Below are positions 60,371-64,000 of a stretch of DNA of 64,000 nucleotides, piece after piece. Source of the stretch: Parasitella parasitica NRRL 2501 (lineage: Eukaryota > Fungi > Mucoromycota); assembly GCA_025201805.1 (NCBI GenBank), contig MU619282.1, positions 65,751-129,750 of the forward strand, given 5' to 3'. Under the pieces are notes generated by a model. The model ran no database searches. It was not told where the DNA came from and saw only the letters and a list, made by a program, of their open reading frames with translations. Position 1 is the stretch's first letter, and each line of letters begins with the position of its first letter. The position numbers and the translations under genes are program-made.

Positions 60371-63055
60371 CTTTCATTTTGCAGTTTCAGAAAAAAAAAA
60401 AAAATATGATAAAGGTCATGGTGATTGTGATAATATTAAGGTATATATTAGGATTGCTGATAACAAACATTTTATTTCTGGTAAAAGCTAAGGAGTTTCG
60501 GAGAGAAGAGAAATGTCTCCCTAAAAAGATTTCAAGTAGGCTTTGTGTAGTGAAAATACAAAGAGGATGTGTTATGAAATAAGCTATCTACATCATATCT
60601 TTAAGTTCAAGGTACTCTTAAAAAAAAGGCTACGGTTGTCTATCGACAAACATCTGTGATTCTGGGTGTAAGTGTGTCTATTGACTATGGATCAAATACC
60701 TTTAACTGGATTCAGGAACGAAGAGCGGGATTGAAGATAAACGCATTTATGCCCTTGAGATTTCAAAAATTTCTATACAAATAATTTTATATGAATGGGT
60801 GTGATATTCCGGTGGCAGATTGTCCCCTTTTCTCTGGTATTTTATAGTGTAGAAAATCTTGTCAGACAAGTACCAAGCTGGATTCTCTGTATCCAGTTGC
60901 ACAGCAGAACAGCTAGTCAAACCTGTGCCATCTATTTCATAATATTGGAATGATTCAAAAGTGTGCGCCTTTGCAAAGCCAGCGTAGATTTTAGGCGCCT
61001 AATTTTTTTTTTTTTTTTTTGCTCTACACGAACTTCAGTGTGTTATTGTAACAAAAAAGACAAAAGCTGTNNNNNNNNNNAAAACAATGTTTAACGATCT
61101 CAAACCAAAAACAAGCAATTCAAAGTAATGCATTAGACTATAAGGCACCTTTTGATTACATATTTGCATAGCTTAGAGCAAGTTTCTATACTTTTCAAGT
61201 CGATATCAGATGAAGGTAGAGACTTTTCTGACTTTCTCGGAAAAGTATTTTTCAAAATCGGAGCGTGAGATCGTCAGGCCAGATAAAGACATGCAAGTGC
61301 TACCATTAGAAAGCCAGGGAGCACGCTATTTAAATTAACTAAATTAAAATTGCTTTTTCCTTGAATTGGGAAAGCTATGGCTTCTCAAAGTTAATGCTTT
61401 TCCCAAAAAAAACAACCATTTTCTTCCTTTAAAACCGAAAATAAAACCCGCCAAAAACAAGAAAGGAAAAATCCTTCAAAAAACCCAATTGGAAAAATAA
61501 AAAAAAAAATTACTTCTTTAAGGCAAAACATCATCCTCTGATACTATGCATACCCTAGCTGTCAGTCTATGATAATAGCTGTACTTTTGGACGCTCTACA
61601 AGATGGTATTATTTCATAATTCTCGTATGCTCATGGAAGGAATTATGTCGAGAAAACCTCAAAACAGATCAAGAGGGAAAAGTCAATAGTTTGCTTAATC
61701 AGGGCGCATTTCCAGTCTTTCAGATCAAGGAACGGTCTTTTAGGATCATTTTCCTCTAATATATAATATAATAAAAAGTTGCATTTTTGGGGTCTAACTC
61801 GAGGATAATGCATAATCGACGATTTTGGATGTGTGGGTACAAGGAAAAAATCAAAAAAATCCGTCATTTTGCATCGAAAAAAAAATCATGCTCAAATTGC
61901 ACCAAAATCATATATAATATAGTTTTTTCCCAATAAATACTATTTATGGCGTTTTCAGGACACTTTTCATTATGAAAATCAGTAAAAAGATGCACGCAAA
62001 GCTAAAGTTCTTGCTTTTAAGCTGTAAAATATCTATCTGGAGATGATAGCACGTCAAAATCAATTCTAGTACATGACAAAGCTCCATAACGTAAGTATTT
62101 TTGATGCCACAAGTATACTTTTCTTCATAGTAATATGATAAAATAGGTGTGCCTCATCGAGTTAGAAGCAGAAGAGGGTAATCAATGAATACAATGTTTT
62201 CCCGTAATAACTCCTTGTTATTTGTAAATAATTCATAAGTTGCTAATTGCTACTGACAGAGAAGATCTGTTACCATTGATGCTTATTATAATGCTTAGTA
62301 TCAGTTCAAGAGTTTCTTTTTTTTTCTTCGTAATTCTGGTGTTAAACATGTAAAATAGAAAGTAAAATAGAGGTTAGGATTGGGGTTGAGATAATTTTAC
62401 TAACAAAAGCTAAGCTTCATGATAAGCTTTTGATAAATTCCAGGTCTCAGGCACTGTACTGTAGAGTATCAATTTTTGAAATAGGGAAAACTCGCTATAC
62501 CAAACATATTTTGTACACCAACCCATCCGTTATAACGAATCCCGACTGTATATTATTTCTTTGATATTGGATATGCTGACTTAACTCAACAGATGTACAT
62601 AAAATGGTAATGTGAAGTTGTATTGTCATTTGCTTGAATAAGTTATAATTTTTGAAAAGACAAAATGAAATGGTTGGTCTAAACGTAGATTCAAGGATAA
62701 ACTGCCATCTTATAAATGCATAATTTGACAGATAAGTACAACTTAAGGTCTTACTAGTATATACACTTTGATAATTTGATACTTTGATAGTTTTTAATTT
62801 AGCTTAAATACTTTTGCAGTTCTAAAGACCATGTCTAAATATTTGAGCTTATTCAAATGTCTAATATTTAACGAATATATCTGAAATAATTTATTAACAT
62901 TTAAACATTATGGAGTTCAAACAATTTTGTATTGTGGCCCTATTGCTTCTGCACAATGGTTGTTGTTTGATCAAAAATAAAAGTTTTATCATCACAAACA
63001 CCGTGACATGTATCATTTACTTGAACTTTTTTTTCCAAAAACTGCAAAAGGACAG
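60371..63055 (-). mobile_element. Non-autonomous TIR DNA transposon, ~2.7 kb, copy 2 (inverted relative to copy 1), flanked by TA on both sides
   Basis: Reverse complement of 10632-13386. Termini TA|CTTTCATTTTGCAGTTT ... AAACTGCAAAAGGACAG|TA are imperfect inverted repeats with TA at 60369-70 and 63056-57. Confidence 0.85.
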
Positions 63056-63381
63056 TAGATAAAATTGATGAGTATTTATACTTTTACGATTCGGTGATAG
63101 ATATATAATATAGTTGTTCGGTTATAGATATTGAATGCAGTTAGCAAAGGACTTGATACTTGAATAGTAATAATTATTAAGGCACGGCCATGGATCTCAA
63201 TTTGGTAAGTGTCTTGGTACACCTAAGCGGTTACCACATGTAGCAAACGGGCAATTTTTGGTTCACGGCTAACAGACATTTACATCAATTGCTGACGGCC
63301 TATAGTTTCTTTTTTTTTTAAAAAAATAAAGGAAGAGTCAAGAAAAAAAAAAGTATGAAATCATGAAGTTAAGCCATTCGC

Positions 63382-63658
63382 TCAAGAAGCCGTTGCATTC
63401 CTCCCAGGCATAAAAAAAATATGCCCCAAGAAGGTAGGCAGCAAAAAGAGACAGCCCGTACAGTGAGAGGCCCAAATGAAACACGGCCATAGGCTTACAA
63501 CCTGCGAAGGCGAATGGGCACATCTCTTGTTCAAGAAGCCGGTGCATTCCTCCCAGGCATAAAAAATATGCCCCAAGAAGGTAGGCAGCAAAAAGAAACA
63601 ACCCGTACAGTGAGAGGCCCAAATGAAACACGGCCATAGGCTTACAACCTGCAAAGGC
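63382..63658. repeat. Tandem direct duplication, ~128-bp unit with 149-bp period
   Basis: TCAAGAAGCCG.TGCATTCCTCCCAGGCATA...GGCTTACAACCTGC.AAGGC occurs at ~63382-63510 and ~63531-63658 with few differences. Confidence 0.92.
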
Positions 63659-64000
63659 AAGAGATCTTTCTTCATGACTCTTCTTGAAAAATACTTATCT
63701 TTTCACTTTTTAGTCCAAATCCTAGCTATTATATCTCCGTTATAAATCCTATTATTTATAGTATCAATAACAACACAACCAGCTTCACAAATTATGCAAG
63801 ATATATACCTTAATGTTCATCCATGTATTTAAACCAAAGTCGTGAATGAACAAAAAAACTGAAATAGTCGAAAAACGCCCTAAAATACAGTTTTTCTACT
63901 TTAAATTCAGACGATGTTAATTTTTTTCTGGACGAATTGAAATTAATATTTAGACAAATAGCTTACCTATTTTGGAAAACAAAATAATTATTTTCAGATA

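Noticed and set aside
63190-63305. Sm-site-like AATTTTTGG (snRNA?) and intron-like GTAAGT…GCTAACAG giving a 14-codon spliced ORF
   Set aside because: No U1/U2/U4/U5 hallmark sequences and no TPP-riboswitch core. Branch-to-AG spacing is atypical for this genome's introns, so the evidence is insufficient.
63440-63522. HDV-like ribozyme suggested by GGCGAATGGG with an upstream GCCCA
   Set aside because: I could not form P1, P3 or the L3/P1.1 elements, and the motif is absent from the second repeat unit.
1-64000. CRISPR arrays, rRNA/tRNA genes, intact transposases, secondary-metabolite cluster
   Set aside because: None seen: eukaryotic housekeeping gene context, with no repeat-spacer arrays and no DDE, RT, PKS or NRPS ORFs.

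Overview
Eukaryotic, intron-rich, AT-rich fungal genomic DNA. The short (about 50-80 nt) GT-AG introns, compact gene spacing and protein style point to a Mucorales/Mucoromycota draft assembly; this is inference. There are three N gaps and several long poly-T tracts. About 20 protein-coding genes are recognisable: two tandem SPX-VTC-DUF202 (Vtc4-type polyphosphate polymerase) genes, transportin/Kap104, a CLASP_N protein, TCTP, TM9SF/Emp70, an RFX transcription factor, aspartyl aminopeptidase, Crt10, an AKTIP-like UEV, a HAL/NPR-type kinase, an ArAE/FUSC-like membrane protein, an aldo-keto reductase, a CAMKK-like kinase, two tandem Mid2-like surface sensors, a Kelch single-pass protein, Ytp1, an F-box/LRR protein and Ipa1/UBE3D. 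Non-coding structure: two inverted copies of a ~2.7-kb non-autonomous TIR element bracketing ~47 kb, an inverted ~0.55-kb dispersed repeat, two diverged LTR-like relics and a 149-bp-period tandem duplication. The best candidate for something undescribed is the first VTC gene, which the ORF track missed because it runs into a gap. It is clearly Vtc4-derived yet has lost several basic catalytic-tunnel residues and sits in tandem with an intact Vtc4, suggesting an independently evolved pseudo-enzyme subunit. All family calls are from motif recognition; no searches were run.
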